A program made the translations under genes and the position numbers. Positions 38,566-52,016 of a DNA stretch of 64,000 nucleotides are shown in pieces. Origin of the DNA: Protoeuglena noctilucae (lineage: Eukaryota). The notes under the pieces were generated by a model, which was not told the DNA's origin, made no database searches, and saw only the letters and a list, made by a program, of their open reading frames with translations. How positions within the stretch are numbered: the stretch's first letter is position 1; each line of letters starts with the position of its first letter. The DNA is taken from positions 930,001 through 994,000 of the forward strand of contig OY253681.1 of NCBI GenBank assembly GCA_958009085.1, written 5' to 3'.

Positions 38566-38931
38566 CAGTGAGTGTGCTGCGGGTTTTCCGGAAATGTGTC
38601 TCGCGTCTGCCGCTGCGTCAGGGATCCGCAGATGCCCCGAAAACAGGAGCGTTCACCGGCTGCGTGCCATCCATATCGCAGTTGCAGGGAGCGTTTCTGT
38701 CCGCATCGACAGGTCGGCCGCGAGACGAGTCGCTTGGGAACTTCCCTTGGCTTCCACTGGTGAGTCCCCAAGGCCGCGCTGCACGCGCTGAGCGCCGCGC
38801 GGTCATTTGTGGTTACAAAATGGATCACATTTGCCGTCACACTACGCGGCCATCCATAATGCGCCTCAGTTTGCGATCCCCGCAGGGTGCACCCTGCCGT
38901 GCTTCAGCCCGCGCATCGGTGCCGCGCAGCG

Positions 38932-39807
38932 ATGACCCGACCCCCGGAGGCGCGCGTTCACGGCGGCGCGCTGGCGTCCATATTCCTACCAATACCAATA
39001 CCACCACCGGGCAACGGCCTGCCGCGACAGCTCGCAGCCCCGGCCAGCCCGCTGTTCGACCTAGACCTCACGCTGCATGACTCAGACGCCGAGGAGCACC
39101 TGGAGCAGCAGCAGTCCGACCGCATGATGAGCGTCGAGGAGCTGCTGTGGTCCCGGGACCCTGTCGTCGCTCGCAACATCGCCGAGCAGGTGAGTGAGGT
39201 TGCGGAGGGTCGTTGCGAACTCCGCAATAACAGAGTTCCGCTGTGCGTTCGGAAGGCGACAGAAGACCGCCCAGACAAACACCCCTCGACATCCCCGCAG
39301 GTGCGCCGCTCCAATCTTGCGGGGGACGTCCACGCCGTGGGCGCGGACCTGGCCACCCGCGGCCACCGCGTCGCCGTCTTCTTAGCCGAGCCGCAGCTGC
39401 GGGGAGGGCTGCTGCGCGCGGGCCACCAGTGCCTGCTGGTGCTGCCGGCGGGCCACCCCGACACAGAGCTCGTGGTGGACGTCCGCTTCCGGGAGCAGTT
39501 CGCCGTGCCCTTCCCGTCCGCCGCGTACGCCAAGCTTTTGCGCTCCGTGCCCGAGACCTTCGTGGGCACGCGGGAGACCCTCCGCGCGGTGCTCAACCTC
39601 CTCTGCCGCGAGCTGGAGCGGACCTTCGAGAGCCACGGCGCGTCGCTGCCCCCCTGGCGGCGTAAGGAGTCGGTCCTCGGGAGGTGGCCCCTCGACCCGG
39701 GCGCCACGCTGCTTGAGGCCCGGGAGCAGCGGTTTTGTCGGGGCTCGCCTGTCCCCAGTGTCGGTGTCGCCGGAGGGCTCTGCCGCGGTGCCGCCTCCGC
39801 CGCGTGA
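38932..39807 (+). CDS. DUF506 (PDDEXK_6 family) plant/algal protein
   Basis: 'LVVDVRFREQFAV...AYAKLL..VPETFVG' and 'GASLPPWRRKESVLGRW'. One in-frame intron, 39190-39300. Confidence 0.85.
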   Translation: MTRPPEARVHGGALASIFLPIPIPPPGNGLPRQLAAPASPLFDLDLTLHDSDAEEHLEQQQSDRMMSVEELLWSRDPVVARNIAEQVSEVAEGRCELRNNRVPLCVRKATEDRPDKHPSTSPQVRRSNLAGDVHAVGADLATRGHRVAVFLAEPQLRGGLLRAGHQCLLVLPAGHPDTELVVDVRFREQFAVPFPSAAYAKLLRSVPETFVGTRETLRAVLNLLCRELERTFESHGASLPPWRRKESVLGRWPLDPGATLLEAREQRFCRGSPVPSVGVAGGLCRGAASAA

Positions 39808-40011
39808 CTGGCTGAGCACCCACCGGCCTCTGAGGGCCCTCATGGCTTAGCCTATCGCCGATACCACTCGCTTCACCTCGCTCGACGGCCTCGTCCCCGT
39901 TCCTACGCTGCTACGCTGCGCTCTATGCTATGCTACAGGCCCCTCGAGCGAGGCCCCTACCCCCCTACCCCCCCTACATGGCCTCATGTGTCGTTAAAAG
40001 TCGGTGCAGTA

Positions 40012-41345
40012 TCACTTAGCCGCGCCTGCCCCGGGGTCACGAAGGCCCTCCCTGGCCTCCCGCTCTCGGAATCCGTTGAGCAGCACAGCTGCCGCCACGC
40101 CGATGTTGAGGCTGTCCACGCCCGGCGCCATCCTGCGAGCGATGCGCTGCCACAAATGTTCGCACAAAGCAATGGCATCGGCAGTTCGCGCCAGATCAGC
40201 GCCTCACCAGATGCGCACGCGGCGGGCTTCCCCGCACACCTCCCGCACCCCCGGGCCCACGCCCGTGTCCTCCGCCCCCACCACCACGCACCACCGCGCC
40301 GGCACGCCTCCGCGAGGGATGTCGTCCAGCGCCCGCGCGTCCTCATCAATCACAGCCGCGAACGGCTGCACGCCGTAGCGCTCCTCCAGCATCCTGCGTG
40401 CGCCGAGCGGAGCCCGCCTGTCGGTCCTGTGCCTGTCACACTACTGCCCCAGCCAGAAGCCTCGCCTCACCGCAGCGTGTCCGGCAGGTCGCAGCGAAGG
40501 ACGGGGACGCGGAAGCAGTGCCCCATGGATGTGCGCACGGCGCGCCGCGTCCAGCACCCCGCGCTCCCCCGCGAGAGCAGCACTGCGTCCGCCCCCAGGC
40601 ACGATGCCGTGCGGACCATCGATCCCACGTTGGGGTCGTCGCGGCTGTCGTCCACCGCCAGCACCCGCAAGCCACCCCCGTGCCCCGCCGCGTCATCCAG
40701 CACCGCTGACAGGTCGTACGCAGGCGGCACGCCAAACCCCAGTGCTCCCCGGGACGCCTCCATGCCGACGACCTGGGCGATGAGCTTGGAGGGGGCCGCC
40801 ATGACCTGGAATGGCCACGAGCCCTGCCATCGTCCATGCAAAAAGCACTCGGCCCTATCCACGCTCCCTGCGCCCCCCTCGCTGCCGTCCTGCCCCCCTC
40901 CCATGCGCTGAAGCCCCGCCACCCGCAAGCACTCGAGCATTCCTTGGAGGGTAGACGGCTTCAGCAGCTGCAGGGAGTAGAGTAGCGGGACAGGCCTGTC
41001 ACGCTGCGCCTGATGCTGCTGCGTCGTGCTCCGGGCGGCCAACGCATGTCCGCACCACGCTGTGCACGCGGGCGTCGCTGGCGAGCATCAGCCGCAGCGT
41101 GTCGGGTCCCTCGGCGATGAAGCCTCCTGCCCGGATTCCGACCCCGTCCCCATCCTTCAGCCGTCGGTATGGCTGCGGGGGCACGGCACACGCGCGATGG
41201 CGGGCCCATCCGTCGCACGCGCTCGGCCCGCAGCCTGGACGGGGCTCGCCTCGAGACCAGCGTCCTCCGACGATTCCACCCAGCGCACAGGCACGCACGT
41301 GCACTGCGGGGACGATGGCGCTGATGCGGGGCCCCCGCTGGTCAT
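40012..41345 (-). CDS. SpoU/TrmH-family (SPOUT) RNA 2'-O-methyltransferase
   Basis: 'FIAEG', 'DDPNVGSMVRTA..LG', 'RRAVRTSMG', 'VVVGAEDTGV', 'MAPGVDSLNIGVAAAVLL'. Confidence 0.9.
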
Positions 41346-41903
41346 GTGCAGCGCCTCAGGTCCCACGAGTGACCCGCCGTTGCTGATGGGACAGACAGAC
41401 GTGGCCGTGGCGCCAGGCAGACGAAGGAACGTCGCGGGAAGGGCCCTGACACGACTTCATGGCGCCAGTGTGCTGTGAGCAGGGGCTCGCTCGCAAATTG
41501 CAACGCGCTGGTAATGCAGTTTGGGTACTAGCAAACCAGGATTCCCGTCTCCTCCTCCTCCTCCGCTGGCATCCACTCCAGGGCAGGTGAGCTGGGTGCC
41601 GGTGATTCTGAGACGGACGAGCCACCAGTCGCCGCACCGGGGCCGTCGCTACATTTCTTGACAAGTGCGTGCTCAATCGCGAGAGCCCAATACCACCTCT
41701 TCGTCTGCCGCGATGCTTGGGTCCCCCACATGCATGTGCGGGCGGGCAAATTGCAGCTTATTGGGACCCCGGAGCCCTCGCGTCGGTGGCCCTTCAAGTT
41801 TCATCAACATAATGATCTCGTGGGCGCAGGATACCGGGGGGGCCGGGCCTTGTGAATGTGACCCTCATCGGGAGGCTGAAGCGACGCGCAGCGTGACACC
41901 GCG

Positions 41904-44837
41904 ATGGTGTCCGTTTACTCCACTCCGAAGGCCCGTGGCGCAGGGAGGGAGGATGGGCGCCGGCGGGTGAGCGGGGCCACGACAGGGATCGTCGTCGCAT
42001 CTGCAAAGAGGCATGCGCCTGATGCCGATCCCGTTCCCCTCCCGCAGTCTCTGGCCGGTTCCGATGCGTCAGAAGATCGTATCCTAGACACTCCGGGGCC
42101 ATCCTCGGCCGACTCCCGGCGCCGACCGACGCCCGAGCCCCACCATGCACCTTCCCCTTCGGTGCGCCCCCGCCGCCCGCCGCGACGTCGCTCCGCCCTC
42201 GCCACCCGACCGCGGCATCTAAATGCCTCCTCTTTATTTCCTCGCTACCCAGGGTTCCCCCCACACGTCCTCCCCCGACCCTGCCAGTGGCCGCCCGGCA
42301 TCCGCCCAAGACGGGGACGTGCGGCCCGGCTGGTCCCGCCAGGTGGACGTGGAGCGACCTCTCTCCTCGTCCGCCGTCCGCCCGCCATGGTCCGCACCCC
42401 GGGCCAACAGCTCGGACGGGCCACGCCTCACCGCCCTCGACGTTCCCCCGCCGTCCCCCCAGACCCCTCGCCTGCGACCCCAGGACAGCGGCGGGCGCGC
42501 GCTCGCGTCCGCAGACACGCCGTCTGTGAGGCCGAGGTCTGGCGGCGCCGCGACTGCGTCCCCTCGTGGCGCCGCGTCCAATGCGGGCGCTGAGCCGCAC
42601 CCGCCGCATGGCTCACACCCACCGCATGGCTCACACCCGTCGCCCTCCTCCTCTCGCCCCCCGCTCTCCCACATCCGTCATCAGAGCCGCGACAGCGTCG
42701 GCGTCCCTGAGGTGTCGGTCGCGCATGGCCTCGGGATGGGTCCGGCCCTGTCATTGGACGAGGAAGCGCCCTCACCCGGGGGCACGTCCTCGCCCTTTGC
42801 GACACCGCGGCTGCACCGGGGCGCAGGGGGGTCCATGAGCGGCCCATGGGACCTCGGGGCCGAGGAGAGCGTCGAGGTGAGGCGTGACGTGCCTGTCCCT
42901 CCCCTGTCGATCTGATCTCCCCCGCACACCGACCACCCGCCGCCCCCGCTCCCCCGCAGCGTTCCCTCGACTACCTCGAGCAGCTCACGCGCGTCCCCCG
43001 CGCCGTCGACCGCATCCCGCACCTGGCCGCGGCCCTTGCCCCGCACCCGCCGGGCCAGCCGCCCCCGTGGCCCCCCGCGGTGGGGATGGCGCCCGAGGCC
43101 AGCGCGGAGAGCGCCGTGGGTCCCCTGCCGCCCCGCGACAGACCGGAATCCAGCGCGCGGCCCAAGACCTCGGCACGCGCTGGCTCCTCCCACGGCCCAA
43201 CGCGCCCCGTGACGCGCGAGGTGCGGACGCGCCCGCACCACGCCCGCTCCCCCTCCGCCCGCACGCGCCCCGTCACGCGCGCCGCCCCCCTCGACCGCGA
43301 CATGCCCGGCTTCCGCGAGCCGCCCTTCCACCTCATGGACCCCGGGTACGCGTCCATGGCGGCGGGGCAGGCGCCACCGCCCCTCTTCCGCGAGTGGTAC
43401 GGCGAGCGCGTCGCGGTGGCCACGCCCGCGGCGGCATTACGACAGGCGAGACCGCAGCGCGGGGGCGCGGGGGCTCAATTGCTGTGGTGACCACGTGCCG
43501 GGCTCACCGCCGCTTGCGCCGCGCTCGCAGGGCGCGCTGCCGGGTCCTCTGACCCTCAACCACGCTCTCCGCGAGGCCTTCCTCCCCTCCTCGCCCTCCC
43601 CCACCGCCCACGACGAGCGCCCCACCAACCCCAACTTCGCCTCCCCCACGCACTTCCGCGAGCCCCACCGCCAGTCCTGGGGGGCGCGCAGCCCCGACGC
43701 CGCCGGCATCGTCACGCGAGCGCCCTTCTCCCTCCTCCGCGCCTCCACCATGGCCCCCGACGCCGCGCAGCAGGCGCGTCCCACCGCGGACCNNNNNNNN
43801 NNNNNNNNNNNNNNNNNNNNNNNNNNNNNNNNNNNNNNNNNNNNNNNNNNNNNNNNNNNNNNNNNNNNNNNNNNNNNNNNNNNNNNNNNNNNNNNNNNNN
43901 NNNNNNNNNNNNNNNNNNNNNNNNNNNNNNNNNNNNNNNNNNNNNNNNNNNNNNNNNNNNNNNNNNNNNNNNNNNNNNNNNNNNNNNNNNNNGGCATGGG
44001 ACACTGCCTCCTTCCCTGTGACATGGCCCCGCGCGTGCTCTTCTCAGCCACCCCCATGCATCTCACCCCGCAGTCGGACCAGGGCATCGAAGTGGAGGAC
44101 CTGGCGCAGCTGGTGGCCCTGCGCACGTCCGCCGTCATCGAGGGCGACGACATCCAACACCGCGCCCAGGTGCCTTGCCGCGACGCCCACTGCAGAAGGC
44201 CGCGACTGCCTGGCCGTGATCCCTGAATTGACTCGGCACGCCTGGCCCTGACGCGAGTCTCCCCGTCTTGTGCCCCAGGCGATGGAGCTGCTGGACCAGG
44301 AGCGCGACGTGGACCGGTCCCTGCTGGCCGGGGAGCGCATGCAGCTGCGGTCCAAGATGCGGCGGGTGAACGCCAACGCCCTGGTGCGCATGCTGACCAA
44401 GGGGCCGGGGCTGGCCAGGGACGCCGCGTGGCTGCACTCCAAGATGGGCATGGGACCCGAGATGGCACAGCACCTGCTCAAGGGTGAGGGCGAGGGGTCC
44501 GAGCGGGGGTCACTACTTGCGAGGTGCCTCGAGTCGGGTGGGTCAGCGTGGGGAGCGTCCAAACTGCAACCCCGTCACCGCCGGCCGTTCCCCGTCCTCC
44601 GCAGAGCGCGCGTCCACGATGGCTCAGTCTTTGGAGGACCACCACGTGCGGGCGCTGTCCGCCTCGTACGGCGCCCTGCAGCCCCACAAGGCCCTGGCGC
44701 CCCACGAGCGCCACCTCGCCCGCCCCGACTCGCTCGTGCACCGCGTGCCCGCCCCCAACATGACGCTGTACCACGAGATGCTCTCCTACAAGCCCCCCAA
44801 CTTCCAGGACATCTACAGGGGCGGGGGGCTCTCCTAA
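41904..44837 (+). CDS. Hypothetical multi-exon protein (Pro/Ser-rich N-terminal part), interrupted by an assembly gap
   Basis: Exons bounded by GT/GC-AG sites with protein-like C-terminal exons ('AMELLDQERDVDRSLL', 'LYHEMLSYKPPNFQDIY'). TAA at 44835-44837. No family recognised. Confidence 0.5.
43793..43992. other. Assembly gap (200 N)
   Basis: Run of N. Confidence 1.
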
Positions 44838-45077
44838 CGGGGTTGGCTTGCGCGTGGGGCCCGGTAGTTGTGGCTCATGAAGTGATGCCATGTTCAGACT
44901 TGCCACGCTTCAAACAGACTGCGCCGCCCTCATGGCAGCAGGAGACGCAGGACTTGGGCAGACTGCCCGCTCAGCAACACGTCCACGTACGCAACGTAGC
45001 ACCCCGAAACCGCAGCCAGCGACCCACGCAAAGGGAGCGTGTCAACCGTTCACCCACCACCCACTGCTCTGGGTGCC

Positions 45078-45859
45078 TCATGCGCCACTCCCACCGCTCC
45101 CCACCGGTGCCATCAGCGTGATGTTGTCTCCCTGCAAGCAGGCCGCGAGGTATTGCATGATGCAAGAGCGCACGGTTCCCCGCGCTCCAAGCCACATCGG
45201 TGGTGTCACTGCTCACCTTCAGCAAGATCCTGCCGAGCGGCTTGGGCGTCTTGTGCTTGACAGAGATCTCTTCCGCATTATCCACCGTCAGATTCATGTA
45301 CTCGTCGAACCCCTGCGGGCAACACGGTGGGACAGTCGTGAGGGGCCGCCCGGGGCTGGCCTGCAGCCGTTCGGCGCGGGCGGCGCCCTCACGATGAGCG
45401 TCCCCTCGATGCGCAAGTCCTTATGGTCATAGAGCCATATCTGGAGCTTGTCCTGGTTCTGGAGGTACCGGAAAATCTGGTTCTGCGGGAGCGGGGCAGG
45501 AAGCCGGGAGCTTGCGCGATATGGCCACCTACAGGCCCCGATGCCAATCGTCCCGCAGGCAGAATCACTCCAAAAACCCACGCAGCGCCGTGGCGCAGGA
45601 CCCCGGCGCGGGAGACGCGGCTGAAAGCCCAAGCGACCTCTGCTATGCCGCCCGGCCGGCCCGCCGCGCAGACAGGCTCGGCACGACTGGCTGGGGGACC
45701 TTGCAAGACAAAGGAGGCGTTGACGGCGCACAAGGGCCACTCCCGTCGCGTGGAAACGGGGGAAGTGTGCCACGCAGCTCTCGGGCGTCCCTGTTCCGCG
45801 CAGAGGTGCCGGCAACTCACGATCGGGGGTGTGATGACCTTCTTGACGCGATAAGACAT
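45078..45859 (-). CDS. SNRPE: Small nuclear ribonucleoprotein SmE (4 exons)
   Basis: '[17 protein letters not shown]...QIWLY...[14 protein letters not shown]...LGRILLKGDNITL'. Confidence 0.95.
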
Positions 45860-46402
45860 GCTACCGGGGAAAGGCTTCCCGCGCTTGCTGCGGCGGCGAC
45901 AGCCGCGGGCTGGGCACGCCGAGTGTCGTGACGAATCGGGGGCAAGGAAGCGAACGCAAGAAGAGAAGCCACTCCTGGATGTCACCACGCAAGCATTGGT
46001 GCAAGGGAGCGCCTGGAGCGCTCCCTTATGGCCCTCGACACGCCAGATGTGTGCCAGCGTCCGAACAGGAAGCGCGCTGATGCCCGGTGACAGCGATGCC
46101 CAAGTCCATAAGCCAGCCATGACCACATGGAAGTCGCCTCACGCCCTTCTACGGCTCCCAGCGGATGTTGAGCTTGAGCATTAGCACCCTCAGACCAGCT
46201 GCTCAGCATCAGGCAGGCGCGCGGCCTCACGGTTTCGTAGTTCTACCTGTTGTGGCCGGCCGAGCGCAGCAGGTCTTGGCGTCGGCGTTGTGTGGGCTGC
46301 GCTGTGAGCCCATGTCGGGGAAGGGCGTGGCACGGGCGGTGAGGCGCTCGATCCGCTCGCCAAGGCTCCAGGAATTGCCTTCTGCTACCATCGCGCCCGT
46401 CT

Positions 46403-47733
46403 ATGCCCATCGAGCGACGTCTCCTGCCCAACTCGAGCCCACACACGTCCCCGCAGACGACCCAAGGCACGCTGACGGGTTTCGTCACGCGAGCCGTCAA
46501 GAGACAGCGGTCGGGTGACGGAGATGACGGAGATGACGTTCCATCGTCTTCACCCAAATTAGCGCGGCCCAGCGCTTCCCAGGGGTCCGCGGAGGACGCG
46601 TCGCACGCTGGGCATGGCCCGGCCCGGCCTCGCTCTCTCGGGCTTCTGCCGACCCCTGTTCGCGTGGTAGACGGAAAAGTGGCCCGTCTGTCGTCCCCCC
46701 GAGGCGCGGAATCCCTTGACGGCGACGTCCCAGCGGCCCCAGCCATGCTTCCGATGCCAGCAGCAGAGGCGCCTCCGGCAGCGGGGCCCGGCCTGGCGGA
46801 CCTGCTCACCGAGGCAAGGGCGCTGCAGATGGGGACGCACTGTCGTACGCCCCCCGCCGCTGCCCGCGCCCCACGCACCCCTGCCGCCCTACCCCGCCCC
46901 AGCCCTCGTGGCGCGAGCGACTGCAGTCCGAGTTCGCCCAGCCATACTTCAGCCGCCTGGACGCCTTCTTGCGCACGGAGCCCCCTTCCAAGGTCTTCCC
47001 TCCCCGCCCCTCCGTCTTCCGCGCCTTCGAGGCCTGCCCCTTCGACCGTGTGCGCGTGGTGCTGCTGGGCCAGGACCCGTACCACGCGCGGGGGCAGGCC
47101 GTGGGGCTGTGCTTCGCGGTGCCGCGGGGGGTCGCGATCCCGTCGTCCCTCCAGAACATCTACAAGGAGATCCAGGCCGACGTGGGGTGCCCGCGGCCCC
47201 GGCACGGGGACTTGGGCAAGTGGGCCGCGCAGGGGGTCTTCCTGCTCAACACGTCGCTGACGGTGCGCGAGGGGCAGGCCGGGTCCCATGCCAAGGTGCG
47301 TGGACACGCGTGGTCGCCCCGAACCCCACCGCCTGGCGGAGTCGGAGTCACGAACACCATGACTCCGCTCCTGCTTACCCCGCAGAGGGGCTGGGAGGAG
47401 TTCACCGACGCGGCCATCCGGGCCCTGAGTCAGCAGCGGTCGGGTCTCGTCTTCCTCCTCTGGGGCAAGCACGCCCAGGGGAAGCTCAAGCTCATCGGTG
47501 GGGGGCAGGCCGCGTTTTGAGAGCAGCTTGGTCGCTGAAGCCTCACGCCAAGGCGCCCACCCGACCCCTCCCCGCAACGCGCAGACCAGAGCCGCCACGT
47601 GGTCTTGCAGGCGGCGCACCCCTCCGGCTTATCCGCGCACAAGGGCTTCTTCGGCTGCCGCCACTTCAGCCGCACCAACGAGGCCCTGAAGCGCCAGGGC
47701 CTCCCCCCCATCGACTGGTGCCTCGACCCCTGA
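46403..47733 (+). CDS. UNG: Uracil-DNA glycosylase, family 1
   Basis: '[10 protein letters not shown]', 'SLQNIYKE', '[10 protein letters not shown]', 'FLLWG', 'AHPSGLSA'. N-terminal PIP-box-like '[11 protein letters not shown]'. Confidence 0.95.
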
Positions 47734-47828
47734 GTGCGCCGCTTCAACGCCCGAGCGGCACGCGCTGCGGGACTGCCAGTGCCGCGCCGCCCCCGCTAGG
47801 CCCGTCCGCGTTCGGCTGCCGCTCTCCC

Positions 47829-49143
47829 TCAGAGCGCCTTGAAGAACTCCTTCGAGTCCTTGGGCGTCGGCTTCATCGTCTTCTGGCCCGGCTGCCAGCT
47901 GGCGGGGCACACCTCGTCGGGGTTCTTCTGCACGTACTGGATGGCCTGCAGCGTGCGGAGGGTCTCCTCCACCGACCGCCCGAACGCCAGGTTGTTGACC
48001 GTGGCGTGCTGGATGACGCCCTCCTTGTCGATGATGAAGAGCCCGCGTAGCGCCACCGACTCGTCCGACAGCACGTTGTACGAGCGGCAGATCTCCTTGG
48101 TCAGGTCCGAGACGAGGGGGTAGGCCAGGTCACCCACGCCGCCCTCCTTGCGGTCCGTCTGGCACCACGCGAGGTGCGAGAACTGCGAGTCCACCGACAC
48201 GCCCAGAATCTCCGTGTCTAACTCCTTGAACTTGGCTGCGGGCACGGAGGTCGCGGAGGTGGGACGGGGTGCGGGCGAGGGTGCCCAGGTGCCGCCACTC
48301 CCAAAAGCGCCCCAGCGCGCGACGCACCGTAGCTGTCCGAGAAGGCCGTGAGCTCCGTGGGGCACACGAACGTGAAGTCCAGCGGGTAGAAGAGCAGGAC
48401 CACGTACTTCTTCCCCTTGTAGTTGGACAGCTTCACCTCCATGAACTCCTGGTCGTACACGGCCTGGGCCTTGAAGTCGGGCGCGGGGCCGCCGACCAGG
48501 GGCTTCTGCGGCGGGGAGGGAGGGGCAGACGGGCGCGTGAGGAGGCCAGGCATCCGCGAGCGCGCGCAGGCCCTGCGCCACTACGGCCCGCTCCGGATAA
48601 AGACGGCTGCAGGGAGCCCCCCGCGACGCCATCGGCGGCCGAGCTGCGCGGCACCGGTTGGGAGCACGCATGCGCATCCGTCGCCGCGGGGATCACGACG
48701 ACGGGCCTGCCCGCGGGTCGCGGGCGGGGCCAGCCCAGGCCACCAACGGTGGGCCCGGGGTGACCTCGCGGGGCGGCCGATGCGGCGATGCCGGGGTCCG
48801 ATTGTCAGAGTGATCCAGATGGAGCCAGGGACGAGGCTGGGATGCGCGGAATATGCCCCGTCGACTCGCCCCGATCCCCAGACCCGAGCCAGGACGCCCC
48901 CCGCCGCGCACTCGCCTCGCAGTGCGCCTTCACGGCGACGGCAGACCTCTTGCAGACGGCCATCTTGGGCGCCGTGCGCACGGCGCGGCCGGCGAAGGAC
49001 GACGCCCTGCGGAAGGGACGAGAAGGGCCCGGTTTTCCCGAGGAGGAGGATGCAAGGAGCGGGTGCACGGGCCAGACGCGACCTCATCTCGCGCCTCCGA
49101 GGCCGGCGCACCTGAGGGCGACGGGGGACGCGAGAGCGGCCAT
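47829..49143 (-). CDS. Plastid 2-Cys peroxiredoxin (BAS1-like)
   Basis: '[13 protein letters not shown]', '[13 protein letters not shown]', 'DEVCPA'. N-terminal transit-peptide exons '[21 protein letters not shown]'. Confidence 0.95.
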
Positions 49144-49521
49144 GGTGCGGGCGTTGGGGCGAACGGAGACCACGTCGAGCGCTATGCGGCAGCCGGGCCG
49201 TCTCACACGCAACGTATCTGGGAGGCTGGGAGGCGCGGGGTCCGCTCTCCGCTCGTTTGCAAAACGTCAGTCGCGCCGTGTCAGAGCCGAGCGGTGCAGC
49301 CCAGCTCGTTTCGATTCCCCCCCCGCGCGGGCCGACGCGCTCAGTCCCTTACCATTGGTATCGGTCCCCTCGGCGTGCCGCAGGGCTACCCCAGAGGCGT
49401 TAGGGGGTTTGGAGGTCGCCCGCCGCTGAGACCCTGCGACGAAATGGTTCTGTTTAGGACGGGTTAGGAGGAGCAGGGGGACCCTGCAGCGAGCACTCGC
49501 TGTCAGGCAGGGGGGGAAGCC

Positions 49522-51604
49522 ATGGGGGCTTCGGGGAGGCGCATGGGACTCTTCGACCGCCTGGCCATGTGCTGGCTGGGCCTCAGCGAGCGACAGCTGC
49601 ACATGCTGGAGGTCCCGGGGCCCAAGGTGGGGTTACGTGCGGCGAGGGGGGATGCGAGCCCGGGCAGCGCTTGGGTCGCGAGCCACCTTCGGGCCTGATG
49701 CTATAGACGGTCGCTGCTATCGGCCGACGACGCTCGAATGCAATTTCTGTACGCCTAGCGCGCTCTCGGTCGGCCCGGCCCACCCGCCGAACTCGGCCCC
49801 TTTTTTTAGGTGCGGCCGCCCCTGCGGCGCAGCCAGGCAGCGCATCGGGCCCGCGCGTGGCTCAGGCATTTCCATACGATGCGTTTGATCGCTTGCGACG
49901 GGCGGTGCGGCCTTTCCCTCGCCCCCGGCGAGGCGGGCCATGTACTGTCGGCCCCGACAGGAGCCGCTTCCTCGGATCGTGTGGAGGCCCTATAGCGTCG
50001 TGTCGTCGGTGTCGGTGTTTGGTGCCGTCGTCGATTGGTCCCTCCCCCTCGCGTCGCTGCAGGCCAGGGGGGTGCGGAGGTCGAAGCGGGAATACGACGA
50101 GATGATAAGCATGCTCACGCCGCTGGTGAGTCGTAGATGCCTATGCGCTCCTCCCGCTCGCGTGGCGCCGGCCGGGCAGCGGCCACCGCCGGCATGTGGA
50201 CCCGCACGCATGGCCGGCCTCGGCTGTGGGGTGCTCGGCCGCGCGCCCCTGGCACGGGACGCGGCCCGCTCGGCTTGCTGCCGGGAGTGATCCCGCGCGA
50301 CCTCCTGGCCTCCCTCCGCCGCCGCGCAGCTCTCGGACTGGGGTTTTGATGTTTATGAGGTCATGCAGCACCCGCTCATACGCGGGCGGCCGCTCGCGCC
50401 GGTGGCGCTGACGGTGCTGCAGAACCACGACGTGCTGGATGGGTGGCGCGTGGATCGGGCGACGATGGAGCGGTACCTGGAGGCGGTCGAGGAGTGCTAC
50501 CTGGCCAACCCGTACCACAACAACGTGCACGCGGCGGACGTGGTGCAGGCGAGCGCGAGCGCGGGGACAGAGGGCCTCGAGGCGGGGGCCGCCCCCGGGG
50601 CCGGCGCCTGGGCGTCTGTGCGTGTCTGGCGGGAGGCGTCGCTGCGCCACCCGTGCCCCCGCGCCGTCCCGCGTCCGCAGGCCGTGCACTGCATGCTGCT
50701 GATGGACCTGGGTCAGCACTTGACCAAAGAGGACAAGTTCTGCCTGGTCGTGGCGGCGGCCGTGCACGACGTGGGCCACCCCGGCTACACGAACGACTTT
50801 CACGTGCGGCGGAGGGACGAGGTGGCCTTCCTGTACAACGACGTGAGCTGCAACGAGAACCTGCACGCGCGCATCGCCTTCCAGGTCGCCGACAGCCCCG
50901 AGCGCGACATTTTCCGGGACCTGCGGGGGGACGACTTCCCCCGCGTGCGCCGCACCATCATCCAGTCCATCCTGGCCACGGACATGCAGCAGCACTTCCT
51001 GCTGCTCGAGCTCTTCGAGCGGGAGATGGAGAACTGCGGAACGGACCTGGCCGACTGGGAGGACAAGCAGCTGCTGATGAAGATGGCGCTTCACCTGGCG
51101 GACCTCAGCAACCCGGCGCGGCCCGTGCACCTGGCGCAGCGGTGGGGGTACAACGTGGTGACGGAGATGCTGCGGCAGGAGGACGTGGAGCGGTCGCTGG
51201 GCATGGCCGTGTCGCCCGTGTGCGACAAAGACAAGGTGCAGGTGGCCACGGCCCAGCTGCGGTTCATCTCCTACTTCCTCACACCCACGCTCGACGCGTG
51301 GCAGAGGGTCGCGCCGCGCTTCGGGGCCCTCGCCAAGCGCATGTGCGAGAGGACCACCGAGGCGTGGAAGGACAAGGAGCGGGCCGAGGCAAAGGTGGGG
51401 ATGCGAGGGGGTGGGGGGGGGGGGGAGGGGGGCAGCGGCATGGGCATGGGCATGGGCATGGATGGGACATGACACGCGCGCCTGACGCTGCCCTGGGGCC
51501 TGACGAGTGCGCTTCCAACCCCCCTTGGCCCCCCGTCATTGCCGCAGAGCCCCAAGCCCGTGTCTCAGCCGGAGAAGGCGGGGAACGACGGGGCGACCGA
51601 GTGA
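49522..51604 (+). CDS. Class I 3',5'-cyclic nucleotide phosphodiesterase; 5' exons approximate
   Basis: 'YHNNVHAADV', 'HDVGHPGYTN', 'ILATDM', 'ADLSNP', conserved 'QLRFI'. Confidence 0.9.
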
Positions 51605-52016
51605 TGCGGCCCCTTTGGCCACCCGCGCCCTGTTCCCCTACCAGCCACTCCCCCCTTGCCCCGCCTGCCCCGCCCTCGCTGCGTGCTTGCAGGGCCGGAG
51701 CCGCCGGCCCCCGCAACTCCTGGCGGACCCCGTTCTGATTTGTCAGGTGCAGTTGTCAGTCGAGTAGTGCGATGTGTTGCCGTGATTTGAGCCTTTGCTT
51801 GCGTCCCCATGCTTCGCCGGACCCCCGGCTGGGTTGCGCAATTTTCGTCCATCGCGCCTTCGGGGCAACGAAGGAAGACAGCAGGCAACTGATTGTCAGC
51901 TCGCGTAGCCCCTAAGGATGCGTTGACGCAGAGCTCTCCTCTCTCCTACCAGGGCGATGAGATGACTGCCCGCCACTTTGTTTGAACACTCCACGTGACG
52001 TGCGGGTGCCCTGGAC

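Noticed and set aside
42596..42640. 18-bp tandem repeat encoding HPPHGS
   Set aside because: Ordinary short coding duplication in a low-complexity region.
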